Below, piece after piece: positions 51,230 through 64,000 of a stretch of DNA of 64,000 bases (the stretch's first letter is position 1; the number at the start of each line of letters is the position of its first letter). The DNA is taken from the NCBI GenBank assembly GCA_051294905.1, contig CM119371.1, positions 19,654,001 through 19,718,000 on the forward strand, given 5' to 3'. The position numbers were made by a program, and so were the translations under genes. Source of the DNA: Botryllus schlosseri (lineage: Eukaryota). Below the pieces are notes generated by a model, which did not search any database, was not told the DNA's origin, and saw only the letters and a program-made list of their open reading frames with translations.

Positions 51230-54200
51230 TCGCCAACAACTACTCTCTGAATAAATGCCAGGAATTGAAATTCCTTTGGGTATGACACATCCTAGGCACA
51301 ATAACATGCCATCATATCGATTAAAATATCGAACACCGTTGCGCCATCGTTACCACAAGGGACGGATTCCCCAACAGCTAGGATCCAGCCTTGAATGGAC
51401 CCATCCTGATGTCTTGCGACAACTAGATGTGGAGGATCATGCTTTTGACTCCTGTTCTCTATGTCGTGAGCCTGAAACATGTGCACAGACATATATTCAA
51501 GTACTTGCATACAAATTTTTGTTATCGCTTCCAAAAAAATCTGAAGTCATCAGATAAGGACATCCATAATATACATCAGTTAATAGGTTAGCATTTCCTG
51601 CCTAAACATATTCCTATCACATATCAATGGAAGTGGCAATTATGTATTATTATGTACCTGTTGGACTAGCAAAGCAGTTAAACCGCTTTTTTGCCGACAA
51701 TTAATTCTTGCATCGGTAAGCTCCGACTGTAGTTTCAGCAGTTTGGTGAGCTCATCCTTGTCACCTTCAGTGGACTGATGAAATGAAATGGTAAAATAAT
51801 TATTACTAATTGTGGAGCACACTAAATTTGCAAGCCCAAATTTACCTGAAATATTACATCCAATATATTTATCATATTTTGATAACTGCTTTTCATGTCT
51901 TCAATGGTGGTTGGTGCAATTATCTTGAACTCTTCTCTGATCTGAGATGAAAAGCAAATTCATCACAAACACTGATAGAAATGGTTGATAGCATTAGACG
52001 AGGAGCGGGCAGCCTTTTTTGCTATTCACGACCGCGTTTCGATTTCCTATGTAGCCCACGGCTGCATTTCAGTGCATAGTTATAATGAACTATATTGACA
52101 CCAAATGCCCACGTTGAACTTTCCATGGTATATTTACAGTGAGTTATGGACAGACCATGTAGCCATGACGTCTTACTCGACGGATCGAAATCACGAGTAG
52201 TCGTGCAGATATGAATAACTATAGTGGGATTGAGGTTGCAGTTTAACATATTACTATCAAATATGTAAGCAGATATGGTAGGCCGTGGCTATGGCTGCCA
52301 CAATATATTACGCAACAAATGCGTTACGCTCACATCAAAGACTAAAATCAATGAATGAGTTTGCAATCGCAGAGAAAAACAGGCAGACTTTTATTTGTGC
52401 ATGTCAACATTATCTCTATAGCAGACTTGCGAACTAAACAGTCCTAGTTGTCTGATTTTTCTAATATACATGCAAGAAGGTGTTGTATTGCTCGTACACA
52501 CGTGCAATTGCCAATAAAATATACGTAACAGTTAATTTGATGACTTGAAATTGACTCGGAAATTTTGCTCAGAATCACGAGTCAATACACATTTATGAAG
52601 CGCTTGAGTCAAGTCATTTTGCTCATTGACTCGAGACAAGTCAAGCCACGCCAAAAAGTTGACTCGAGCCAAAGCAACACAGTGGTATAAGAACTATAAA
52701 GTGATTATAATATGGTTCCATGATATAATAACCACACTCACCAGTTTGATATCAGTCAAGGAAGGGAACAGATCAAGTATTTCCGACAGGGGAATGTCTT
52801 TTTGAATTATCTTGGAACGTCGATGTCCGTAGAGGTAGTTGAAAAGAAAGACAACTTTTTTCCAATCGCGATTGACATTCAAAAATTCACTTCGAAGCTG
52901 GAGAGAAGCTTCTTCGGCATTTAGAATGGATCCACCTAAAATCGCACATTTGAAGTATTCACCAAAAACATTGAAAATTGTACTTCTGGCCTATTACTAT
53001 TCCCATGACTCCGTGTCCACTCGGGTCATTTTCGTGTAACCATTGAGTCAGCCCGAGTTATAGTAATTCTAATAAAGGTCGCGTCAAAGTCTAACTCACA
53101 AATTTCAGTCACGCATCGTTTAAGCATAGTGCTGTAAACGACTATCGTCTGAGGGTCAGGGTTTATCATCATGAATTGTAAATGTGGCGAAATAGTGAAA
53201 CTTCTACTGCATGGACGCGGATAGTGAAGTTTAATGAATAGTTTAAGGCTTTCGGAGCAATAGAGCGAATTTTCACTTTAAAAGATATATGCGCCACTTA
53301 TATATTGTAAAATTATTTAAAATATAAAATGTCGTCGCGGACCACACAAAATGATCTGGCGGGCCGCATGCTGCCCGCGGGCCGTGTGTTTGAGACCTCT
53401 GTTCTAAACCATACCTGAAGTCACAAGCGAAGTATTGCTTTTGCCCTGAGGTGCAGCGAGATTTCTCAGAAGTCTAAGTTGTCTTAGTTTCTGGGACAAC
53501 TTCTTGTTGAAATTACGCTTGAAAGCAAATGAAAATATGATTGCAAATAAATATAGGAAAAAACAACGGAGATTTGACTTTACCCAAGGTGGATGTTGCA
53601 AAGTTGATCCTAGACATGGATACTTTTCTATAAGTGCCTTTCCAAATTTGGAATAGGCCGACTTTCCAGTCATGTCACCACTGCTGAGGATGTGATTGGC
53701 ACACTCTTCCACAACAAGATGTATGACTTCATATGCAGCTCGTGCCTCGAGAGCCTGTCGCACTTCGTAACTGAATTCGGGTAAAGGTATCCCATGAATT
53801 CGTTTGGAGTGATTGCCGCTAGATGACGGCTGCAATATTACTATAAACAGGATTGTGTTAAACTATATTTATTTGGATATATTACCCCTTCGTCTACACT
53901 TGTATCAGGCAGGGTATCTGGTACGGACAGATCGGTCATCATTTCTTCCTCGTCTTTGCTGGTTGGTACGGACTTCTGAAGCATACAGTTGGGATGGGTA
54001 GTTGCAAAATATTACCAAATAAATCAATACGAGTTTCACAGCTGCGCAAGATGCTACACCGTCAATGAACGGCTCTGCTATGGGCCAAGTGGTATCCGAC
54101 GCTTCTGCCAGTGATTGTGCATCAACGTCGAACGATTTCTTCGGAGGGATGATGGTATACGGCTCAGATGAAGAGACAGAAGCATCACACGGATTTTATG

Positions 54201-54400
54201 AAGCCTCGGTCAACATCTTTTTCCATAACTGAAATATCAACATCAACTTGCATACACACATTCAACAGCAAATGAGTTGCTTCTACCTCTTGTAATTTCA
54301 GTAGACGGCGTGTAGTACCAATATTGAATAACTGCCATAGATGTTTGTCGACAACTTCGGTGAAAACATCCGAGTCTATATCATTATCTGAAAAATAATT
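51230..54400 (-). pseudogene. EnSpm accessory gene (SAM domain, SAMD3-like), multi-exon, disrupted
   Basis: DNDIDSDVFTEVVDKHLWQLFNIGTTRRLLKL (SAM), IPLPEFSYEVRQAL...KYPCL, and DMMACYCA*DVSYPKEFQFLAFIQR ending at a GTAAGT donor. Confidence 0.7.
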
Positions 54401-54659
54401 GACGCTAAGTTGCAAACAGAACTCAATATGGCGATAAGACTGAAACCCCATAACTACAAACACCAAACATGCCCAACATTCTTAGTCATCACAAACCGCT
54501 GCGTGTTGATATTATGACTGATTTGAGGCCACAGAAAATCACGATCAGAAATACAGCACAATCCGTGACTACTGCCATCTTCAACGGCAAATGAATTCAT
54601 AGCAGACTCATGTACAACAGTTTATCAATGCATATAAATTCTGGAAAACCATCATCTTG

Positions 54660-55455
54660 GAAGCTGTCAACTAGGATATCATCTACGACCTACGTTGTAT
54701 GCGATGTTTTTGTGCAAAACTCGTGTAGCAGTAACAACACACGCGTCTAATTGACAATTCTCAAACTCCATTAGTTCCGGATAATCTGCAACTGGTGCAG
54801 TGGTTTTGTCAGCAACAACAGTTTCGTCCTTCAAAAAGTTGATTTTTCTCACACCGTTATTATCAATCATTTTCATACACATCCACTTCTGGTGATGAAA
54901 ACTAAGACTCAGGGGAAGATTTTTGAAATTAAACCACCTCTTTTGTTTAAAAAATCCATTCTTAGCCTCATATCTCATATACACGAATGAAAACCAAGGG
55001 GACCAAACGCCAACAATTGCCATGACATGTGTACAAGAAAATGCATTTTGGGAGTAAATGACAAAGTTGCATACAATCGCTTGAATTCTTCATTGTGGAT
55101 AGCTATCAAGCAAGTTAGGTCATACGCCACATTGGGTGAACTGACAAAAGAAAATGACACCTGCACAATTTTAAGCAGTCGAACTAAATTCAGATTCCAT
55201 ACTTTGTGATGAAGAATCTAATACAATTACTTCATTGACGAGGTCATTCAAATCAATTTCAACCTGTCCGTTATGATGTGTCCCACAATGATTTTTGAAA
55301 CGATTATTATTTTCAAATCTTTTCCGACAAACCGTGCAAGTTAAGATCAAACTTGGATGATCCTTGTGGCGCTTCAGCAAGTGTTTTCCAAGATTATCTG
55401 GACTTTCAAAAAATGAGCACAGCCACCAGGATTGTACAGACGTGACATTATTTGA
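54660..55455 (-). pseudogene. Internally deleted EnSpm-type transposase
   Basis: N-terminal C2H2 fingers (CTVCRKRF..NHCGTHH) lie directly next to the C-terminal TPKMHFLVH..FGPL..SC/MRYEAKNGFFKQ motif. Frameshifts and stops are present. Confidence 0.85.
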
Positions 55456-56749
55456 GGAACTTAAGATCGGTCGAAGTATTATTTCTGCATTAATAGCATA
55501 TATCTGTAAAATTTATATAAATGATTACACTTGGTAGTACCATTCAACCCCACCCAAGATGCATAAAAATGAAATGAGTGTAGAGAGGTTTCACACGTCA
55601 ATCAGGAGAGATATCAAAGCACACGAACAAATCATCACTGCCAACTATACATCATGATGTAGCCTACACAGGTGATGTGAAGAAACAATAATGAGGATCA
55701 ATCAGTTTATATTTCGCTCACCAACAATTTGCACAAAACATGTTCATAGGGAACACTGATTCTTGCTGATCAAGCAATCATGTATCGATGTTTGCGATGA
55801 ACCAGACAACGAAATAACAGAGAATTTACAAGTGGAATTAAACTCTTCTATCAAGGATAGTTATCAGAGGATAGGAATAAAATGATCACTGCCGACTTAA
55901 TTATCACGTAGACTACACAGGCTTGGCAGAGAGATATGTACCTTTTTCTTAGGTCAAGTTGTTTGCCAATCAACACTACGTCCACACGGCATGTTCAGGG
56001 GGAACACGAATAGGGTAAGGTCATGCTTAAAACCTCTCGATGTCTGAAAATGACATCAACCACCTAGACCACATCTGTCTAGTCTTCAGTACTTCATAAT
56101 TAAGCAAGCAAAGGATGCAATACCTGGCAAATGACCAGCATCTTGTAAATTTCCTTAAAACTTCCGAAAGTCATTACATCAGCCTAACTTGGCCCTTATT
56201 GCGCTAATGTTAAATCATACCATCAGGTAACATACAAACGAAGGCGACAAATGCTTTAGCTTTTACCTTCCCATTTATCGATATGGTGAGATGCGATACC
56301 GTTAATGGCTAAGAAACCTCTCAAATCGGCGCAAGCTCTTCCTGTCATGGTGTCGTATCGCAAAAGAACCACGTGGCGGTGTTCGACGGGAGATGACGTT
56401 GTCAGTATTGGGAAAAGGTGAACGCGAAAAAAGGAAAGACATCAAACTTCTCTCGATCGCGGCGTTGTTGACACGATTAGCCGTTGCCACCAACGGAAAA
56501 TACTGTGCTAGTGTTGTCTCGAATTTAGAGTGTATATATCCTAAAATCTCGTTGGAAAATGCAAATACAAAATTAGTCAAAAACTCCGAATTTTCGTTGC
56601 GCATGGCAAAATGCATGCGCAAAATATTCTGATGATGTATCCAATTTCCACAAATGCACTGGTTACTATAATTTATGTAAAATGTAGGTTTTTTGCTTCA
56701 TGCGCCTACTTTTTAGTGCAGAGCATGGACCGGAGACTTTTCTAGCGTT

Positions 56750-57125
56750 GACTCTAGTCAAGTCGAGTCCGAGTCAAAGTGTTGTTACTCGAGTCCGAGT
56801 CCAAGTCATTGTGTTCACCGTTCAGTTTTGACTTCAATCCGTTTCAACCCACTTTTTTCAACTCTGCTCGAGTGATGTAGAATGGCTCGCCTTCATAATA
56901 TCGTAATATTCCTCGGTCCTAACAGTTTATGGCCCTGTTTCCCAAGTATCAGGACTGATCGACGAAATACCAACAATGTGGTCACTCTGCTATTCTTCGA
57001 AGTTACGATGAGCTGTATGTCTTCACCTTCCCAGTCTCGAGTCGTATGACTTGGTTCCAGTCGTGCACAATGACTGGAGTACAAACCGAGTCGATACACA
57101 AATTGACTCGAGTCAAGTCGTTTTA
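56750..57125 (+). mobile_element. MITE family B fragment
   Basis: GACTCGAGTC repeats; homologous to 16394-16815. Confidence 0.75.
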
Positions 57126-57526
57126 CCTATTTGAAAATGCTACTAGTAGATCTAAAGTAGGGCTTGGATCAACGATTTGATTATGGATAGGTGGATAGTA
57201 GCAAGGTACTTTCAACTTATGGAGATTCGCAATCATCTTTTCACTACTTTCCTGCTTGGACAAGTGGTATAGAGTAATTCTGTATGACTTGACGAATAGA
57301 GTCCCAATCAGTTCCGGAGCAGACACATTTTCAACATAATCAAACCTCTAATTCTGTGGTTTCCAACGTGGGCGAAAATGTTAAAACGTCCTGCGAGATA
57401 TATCTAATTAACACGGCCAACAAAGTGCTCGTGAAGACAGCCTATTCAGGTCAACTCAACGGACAGTAATCGCGGACACCGGTGTTCCGAGCACTTACTC
57501 AAAAAATACCTTTTTTTTCAGTCAAG

Positions 57527-57915
57527 TCACCATCGATACCGTAGTGGTGACTATAAGCGCCTACTAATCGGGCGGCTCCGATTCGATTCCCGTCGGAGGT
57601 TTATCTGGGCTCTTCTTCGCCCGCCGTCACCGTTCTTACGGCGACAAAAAAGACCTGACGAAAGAAAGCACTAATGAGTAATGGAAAGAACTAGAAAGGG
57701 CCACGGCTTCAAAAAGATCAACATCGCAAAGAACTGTGACGGTGGGCAGTGGGCACTCCAGGCCGAGGTGGATGTCAGCCTAGAAATACCGCAACTGCGC
57801 GTCGTTTGGCATCCTCCTATCCGTTTATTACATCGCATTATTGTGTCTTAATGGCATTGTACATTGTGTGTGTCTTGTTCAGATGAAAATATAACTCAAC
57901 AATTTATTGATTGAT
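57527..57915 (+). mobile_element. tRNA-derived SINE (second family)
   Basis: Box A-like CGTAGTGGTG, box B-like GATTCGATTCCC, and an ATTGATTGAT tail. Confidence 0.65.
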
Positions 57916-58144
57916 CAGATTTAGGTGGATAAATCTCACTTTTCTATGTCCGCTTTTTCGGATCCGCAAATATACGGGACTACAATTTGTGTCGAGCTTG
58001 ATCAGTCGAAAATTGGGAACCCCCGCTCTAATTAAACATCTTAGGCCATGAAAAATATTGATACATTTACATCCATGAAATCGACATTTAAAACAATACC
58101 TTTACCGCAAGCACAAGTGTAGCTCCGCCAACTCGTCGATCGTT

Positions 58145-58942
58145 TAGGCTTACCATATTTTGGAAATCTAAAAAGAGGACACTTTTTCATAAATTTAAGA
58201 CCCGCAAAACCAGAGAAGGATTCTCAAAAATCGGTGAATCCAGTGGTGGCCCTACGAACGGGGGGGCCCTGGGCGAGACTTACCGGGGGGCCCTATAAGC
58301 ATCTAACCGTAACTTCTGGGGGACTCCGCCCCCAGACCCCCCTTTTCCATCTGTTTTTATTATCTATCTTTCACCACGCCAAGGTTTGGCCAGGTGCTGG
58401 ATTCGGCCATGTCTATTATTGCATGTGTGCAAGGATTATTGCATGTGTGCAAGTAATTCTACCGCATGCAGAGACGTGATGATTATCGGGATATGGGGCT
58501 TTTCTAACTAATGCAGAGATTTGATGATGATTGACACATCATATTCTTGCTTGGTACACGGATTTCCATGTATATTCGTTATTATTCTTGAAAAAAGCGC
58601 ATAATCCGAATAGGGGGGCCCCTTCGACCAGGGGGGGGGCGGGCTACCGCCCACCTCGCCCACCCCAAAAGCCACCACTGGGTGAATCGTTCCCACTTTG
58701 TGATCGGTTGACTAAAAAAAGGTCAACTTCCCGCTCAGAGCTCCAAAAAACATTTTTCTCTCCACATTGCTGCTGTGCTAATTTACGGCATATCACGCGC
58801 ATTTTGCTCTAAATGTGACCTAAATTTTCAAAAAAGAGGACAAAATCTGAAAAAAGAGGACAAAAAGGCGTTCTCCGAGGACACTTTCAAAAATGTCAAA
58901 AAAGAGGAGGAATCCTCTTAAAAGAGGACTATGGTAATCCTA
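58145..58942. mobile_element. hAT MITE with a second hAT MITE nested at 58241-58680
   Basis: Outer TAGGCTTACCATA/TATGGTAATCCTA with TSD CGATCGTT. Inner CAGTGGTGGC/GCCACCACTG with TSD GGTGAATC. Confidence 0.93.
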
Positions 58943-60139
58943 CGATCGTTGCTATATAGGGTAACCACTTACCATATGTCCTCTTTCAAGAGGATCGATC
59001 AATCAGGTTTAATAATATTTTCCTCGTTTCAAAACATCACAAGATTGCGATACAATGAAATGATCGTAATGTGTCGATTAACTTGGAGAGCCATTATGAT
59101 CAGACATCCACCTACCACAGGCTTCATTGAGAATTAATATACTGATTATGCTTACATGAATGTCAAACATTATAATTTATATAGGCCTACCATTAATCGG
59201 ATGGATGGACAATTTGGACATGGAAATAGAAAGATAATTTGATGGTCAGCCGCTTGTATTATGTTGACTCGCGGGTTGGCGCTCCTATTATTTTTTAAAG
59301 TGCACGTCGCTACTTATAGTGGCCGGCACACCAGGTGCGAGTCATGTCTTGTTCAAGTACTCCAATCCAGTTAAGGAACGCAAGCACGTTTCCGCAAGTA
59401 TATCGCATCAATGTATATTATATATCATTGATCGCACCGCGTATTCACAGACGCGTCGAGCAAGGCACTTGTATCTCTAGGACGCTTTTCACATGAAATC
59501 CCCCTCAGCGGCAGTAAGTGTCACGCCTATATTGTGAGTACTTGTGACTGCAAACCTGGTCAGTGGTCATTACACGTTCAGTCGTTCACGCAGAGTGATC
59601 TGGTTTCTTGAAATGTATGTTGTCCCGATTTGAGATAACCGACATAACTCTTACGTATTTTGAGCTAGAAATATGATAAGTGGCATTTGAAACAGACGAT
59701 TCAAATATAGCTAACAAGAGTGTATGTAATATATGGATATAGTTTGGTTGAATTGAACAACTTTAGGAATCAGATTTAGCGACCCAGCGATTTTGATTCA
59801 ACATTTAGCGACATCTAGCGAATGTCGACACCAGATTTAGCGATTTTTGTCTATCCGGAGTTGACTACAATGTTTACATTCCGTAGTTTTTACATTATTT
59901 TAGATATAGTTTATTCTGGCTTGAAGTTCCCGGAATTAGTGTTCCAGTATATTTTTGTCGAAGCTCGGCAAATCTAGTGTTTTTTCATGAAAAAGATATT
60001 TGTAGTAAATGCGGATGCTATTTTGATGTGCTTCAAATAATTTATACTTGAAGAGACGGCAATTACTATTCGTATTTGGTCATCATTTCGCACCGCACGA
60101 GTACCAAGCAAGAACAACCCAATGACAATGCAGTATTGT

Positions 60140-61090
60140 AACCAAGTCTCGCGGCTCCGAGTCGCAAGTCAGTCTCACTTTCATAGTCTTGAATCCAGTC
60201 ATTTTCAATTAACTATCGAGTCAAGTCCGAGTCCAAGTCAGCGAGCAGAGGGTCGAGTCTGGGTCATGGTATTATGACTCCAGTCCCCGAGTCAAAGTCA
60301 TTTTGTTGACGGCTCGGTTTCCAGTTAAATTCTTGTTGAACCCACATTTTATAACTCAATTTGGTGATGTATCGGATGGTTCACATTTATAACAATATTT
60401 ATAATATAACATTGTGGAACAGCATATCGCCGGCTATCCGACAGTCGTCGAGCATGTCCGCATTCAAGTCGAAATACAAGCAATTTCTTCTAAATCAATA
60501 CTAGCCAGTCTCCAGGATTACCGGACCACGGCCTAACATCTACCTCGCCCTCCACCACATGCCACCTCATTTTGTCGCTTGCGTCTTATATTCTCTGCAT
60601 TACTTTTCATTCAGTGTGCATGCCTCTTATTTACTTCGCCTAGGCTAAGGTAGGTGTCTGATCTTAATGGCTACTCCAAGTTGTTTCGTCACCTTCCTAT
60701 CTTTTCATTGTATCGCAGTCTTTTGATGTTTTGAAACGATGAAAATATTAATAAACCTGATTGATTGATTGATTGAACATTTATATTAATTTATATTATA
60801 GGCCTACTTATTTCCATCACTTCTAGCAGTTTGTAGTCGCATTTTCAATTACCAACGTACCAATAGACGAAATACGAATAATGCGGTTACTTTATTATTC
60901 TTCGAAATTACAATGAAATGTCTGTCTTGGCCGTCTGAGTCTCGAGTCATATGACTTGGTTCCAGTCATTCGCAATGACTCGAGTTCAAGTCGAGTCAAT
61001 ACACAGATTGACTCGAGTAGAGCCATTTCCATATTTTGAGAAAATGACTCGAGTCATCAGAAAATCGTGACTCGAGTCATTACAACCCTG
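60140..61090 (+). mobile_element. MITE family B copy interrupted by an L2/CR1-like LINE 3' end (about 60410-60778)
   Basis: The family B end TACAACCCTG is present. The insert encodes ...FKSKYKQFLLNQY* followed by an (ATTG)n tail. Confidence 0.75.
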
Positions 61091-62171
61091 GGACAATGCC
61101 TTGCTTTCTGAACATTCCTATCAGTAGCAGTCTAGCAGACTGTTTAATATCCTGAGATTAAATCCAGGACTTTCACCCCTCTGTAAACCTGATCGTAGTT
61201 TACGAGTGAAGTTTATATGACAAAGACTGAAATAGACTGGGACTGGGTCAGCCGTCAAGCTTGTCGTAGTTTTTATCCTAGCGTGAGACGCAGGGTTTCA
61301 AGTCCCAGAAGTCAAAACTCTGCTACTCATTCCAAGCGAACAGGATAGGCTACCATGCTCCAATTGACTGGACCCAATATTGAATAGTTGGTGGATGTAT
61401 AGCCCGGCGATATAGGACTACACCCAGTTATATATATCCTTGGTCGAATGCCTTGCCAGAATGTGAAATTTTAGGGCCAAATTATTTTAAAAAGGAAAAA
61501 AATTGTATTTTGTCCTACACTTACTAGGCTACTGCCATTTTAATTCATTACAGTGTTCCTATGTAGATAGATTTCTTCGAGCCTTGGACAGTGGAATACC
61601 GTACTCGAGAAATTCGAGTGCACGATGTTACTATGAGTGTCTCAGACCTTTTTACTTTTTAGCTACACAAAGTAAAATTTTGTTATGGGGAAATAAAATA
61701 CATTGCAATATTGTCAGATGTCGAAAGAATGCAGAAAGCGTGATGATTTTGTCATTTGCTGAGTATTCTCATTATGTTGTTGTTTTGAATCAGTTCATTT
61801 TCTTTATCGTTCACGATTTACTAAATAATTTTGGCCTAAATTTCAAAACTATAGTGTATTTTTTGTCAATCTAGTGTTATTTAGTTGCCAAATCTAGTGT
61901 TTTTTTTCACGAATCTCGAGTGGCACCACTGCTGACTATATCCACAGTTGTGATAGCTACGATAGATGAGTATGACCATGCGGCCTTTAGTTGTAGGCTA
62001 TTTCTAGAATCGACAATCTGACCCCTAAATGGAGGGAAGCGTAAACATTGTCGGTTCATTCTTTTTTCTTAGAAAGCAACATTTTGGAATTGCACTGATT
62101 GCAATACTGTATTTTTGTTACATTTTTGCAGCATAAGTAGTTATAGGTGTCTAACTGATCTCCTATGAAAT

Positions 62172-63764
62172 ATGGCTCCAACGGAATCTTCCTTGCATCC
62201 ACGGTTAATGCTGGATTCCATGAATGCATTGAAAGACGAAGAACAGTTTTGTGACATCACGATTGTGACTGGCCAAGATGAAATCAAGGTTCACAAATTT
62301 GTATTGATTGCCGCGTCGGAATATTTCCGAGCCATGTTTTCGAGTGATACAAAAGAGACAAATACTGGGATTGCCTCATTCCCTGACACTCCTGGGGATG
62401 TCGTGAAACAATGCATCAACTTCATTTATACTGGGAAAGTTGATTTAACTTTGGATCACATCACTGATTTCATAAAAGCATCGGATATGTTTTGCCTCCA
62501 TGACTTGACGAATCTCTATGTTGAATTTCTTTCTGTGAATGTAACCGTGGGAAATGTAGCGGATATGCTGTCGGTGGCTCTACTTTATCAGAAGGAACTT
62601 TTGAAAACCAACATTCAAATATTTTTTCGGGAAAATCTCAAGACATTTGTCGAGTCACAAGAACTGCAGTCATTAACAAAAGATAAATTCCTCGACATGC
62701 TGTCTCTTGTGGAAAATTGGGGTAAGAAATATGAAATGTTGAAATGGAAGGCAGTAGTGACCTGGGTCAAGCACGACATTGATGAACGAAAGGGCGCGTT
62801 TGATGATTGCTTCCGTTTAATTGATCTATCATTTCTTCCCCAACAATTTATACGAGAAAATATTGTTTGTGAGGCATTGGTGACTGATTCAAAGAAATGC
62901 CTGCATAAGATAGTGTGCTATGATTATACATTGGATAAAAGTTCGAAAGTGCCCATGGCTTGTGGTCAACAGATGACAGGCATCATATCATGTGACACTA
63001 AATCCAGGATGGTGTACAGGTACAGCCTAATTGAAGAAAAGTGGTCGCTATTTTCGCCACTTCCTTCCGGAATATCAACAATGTGGCTCGGTGTAGTTGA
63101 GCATAAAGGAATAATTTATATCACAACCGGCAATGCAGTCTTCCGTTATAGTGAGTTGAAATGGAAAAAGTTGTACGAGAACGATTCGGAGGAAGAATAC
63201 AGCAGGTGTATCATATGTGGAAAATACATAGCTATGGTTACACATGGACAAGTAGTCCTATATGAAATTGGCGTTGGCACGTCGTCATCAATTAAAATCA
63301 AAAGAAATGCACAATACACTAGTAATACATTTGCTATTACGAGTATGGAAGGATGCATTTATGTCATTGATGTTCTACAGTGGAGTGCTAACTCACATGC
63401 TTTTCGGATCAATTCGAGAACCATGCAGTGTATCCAGATCTCACCGATACCAATTTCAATCGCGGAAGGATCTGCATTTGGGTACAATGGGAATGTTTAT
63501 GTTATCAGTATCGATTCTAAGCGAGTTGTATTCTACAATGATATAACCAGGACATGGCAAGTTATCCCAGGTCTTGTCATCGGAAAATACTACGCAGGAT
63601 GCAAAGTTCATATCTCAGACAAGTTGTGTATACATGGAGAACGATTGGGAAAAGCGATAGGTACTGTAGAACTGGAAAAGTTCGTAGTATCTGAAGAAGA
63701 TAAGCAACCGCCCGTTCCGAAAGATATGGGTGTTACTGTTTGGTGCATGTCATTTTCAAAATGA
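62172..63764 (+). CDS. BTB-BACK-Kelch-like protein (KLHL-type Cul3 adaptor), coding region intronless
   Basis: 530 aa. BTB motif FCDITIVTG..IKVHKFVLIAASEYFRAMF, BACK motif WKAVVTWVKHDIDER, and degenerate propeller repeats (YNDITRTWQVIP). Strong acceptor TTTTTGCAG at 62131, 40 nt upstream of the ATG. Confidence 0.93.
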   Translation: MAPTESSLHPRLMLDSMNALKDEEQFCDITIVTGQDEIKVHKFVLIAASEYFRAMFSSDTKETNTGIASFPDTPGDVVKQCINFIYTGKVDLTLDHITDFIKASDMFCLHDLTNLYVEFLSVNVTVGNVADMLSVALLYQKELLKTNIQIFFRENLKTFVESQELQSLTKDKFLDMLSLVENWGKKYEMLKWKAVVTWVKHDIDERKGAFDDCFRLIDLSFLPQQFIRENIVCEALVTDSKKCLHKIVCYDYTLDKSSKVPMACGQQMTGIISCDTKSRMVYRYSLIEEKWSLFSPLPSGISTMWLGVVEHKGIIYITTGNAVFRYSELKWKKLYENDSEEEYSRCIICGKYIAMVTHGQVVLYEIGVGTSSSIKIKRNAQYTSNTFAITSMEGCIYVIDVLQWSANSHAFRINSRTMQCIQISPIPISIAEGSAFGYNGNVYVISIDSKRVVFYNDITRTWQVIPGLVIGKYYAGCKVHISDKLCIHGERLGKAIGTVELEKFVVSEEDKQPPVPKDMGVTVWCMSFSK

Positions 63765-63789
63765 TAGGTGTTTATATATCAGTTCCACT

Positions 63790-64000
63790 GCGGTCATTGC
63801 CCCGAATATTTCAATGACTTCTTTACCTCGGAATCAAAAGCGCACAAGTACAACACATGAGCGTCCACGTCGTCCAAATATCATATGACCGACCTGAAAG
63901 ATCATCCCTCCATCAAATAGGCCGGACCTGATGTGTGGAACAGTATCCCGCCGGCCATCCGAACGTCGACGAGCATGTCCAGTGTCCACATTCAAGTCGA
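63790..64000 (+). mobile_element. L2/CR1-like LINE ORF2 C-terminal fragment
   Basis: PEYFNDFF....HKYNT...SIK.AGPDVWNSIPPAIRTS; overlaps in sequence with the 60410-60480 fragment. Confidence 0.7.

Larger units (their letters stand above)
49909..56532 (-). mobile_element. Decayed CMC/EnSpm (CACTA-superfamily) transposon, about 6.6 kb
   Basis: TIRs CACTCTAAAT..TTTTCCGTTGGTG / CACCAACGGAAAA..ATTTAGAGTG with a 2-bp TA TSD. Contains a transposase relic and a SAM-domain second gene. Confidence 0.85.

Noticed and set aside
59240-59520. Signal-like MLTRGLALLLFF plus nearby splice sites
   Set aside because: The phase-consistent joins terminate after a few residues; it may be UTR or chance.

Overview
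AT-rich animal genomic DNA with spliceosomal introns, many only about 60-110 nt. The gene set and short introns suggest an invertebrate chordate such as an ascidian (inference only). Most ORF-track entries are spurious. Genes rebuilt by hand from GT-AG exon chains: (1) an intelectin on +, 4 exons, 3186-7581, followed by a decayed duplicate of its last exon; (2) a Thr-rich-stalk C-type lectin on -, frameshifted; (3) an 83-aa secreted, strongly cationic Tyr/Arg-rich peptide on -, split into 5 micro-exons (20928-21504) and absent from the ORF track; (4) a 148-aa secreted single-IGFBP-domain protein on -, 3 exons (34636-38048); (5) an intronless BTB-BACK-Kelch-like ORF (62172-63764). The rest is dense transposon material: many non-autonomous hAT MITEs with 8-bp TSDs (several nested), hAT transposase relics, a 6.6-kb decayed CMC/EnSpm element, a second EnSpm-like relic, SINEs, LINE 3' ends, and an intact-looking 1.38-kb mini LTR element carrying one orphan 271-aa ORF. 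The best novelty candidates are the hidden cationic peptide gene, the mini LTR element, and the IGFBP-only protein within an apparent cluster of secreted defence genes.
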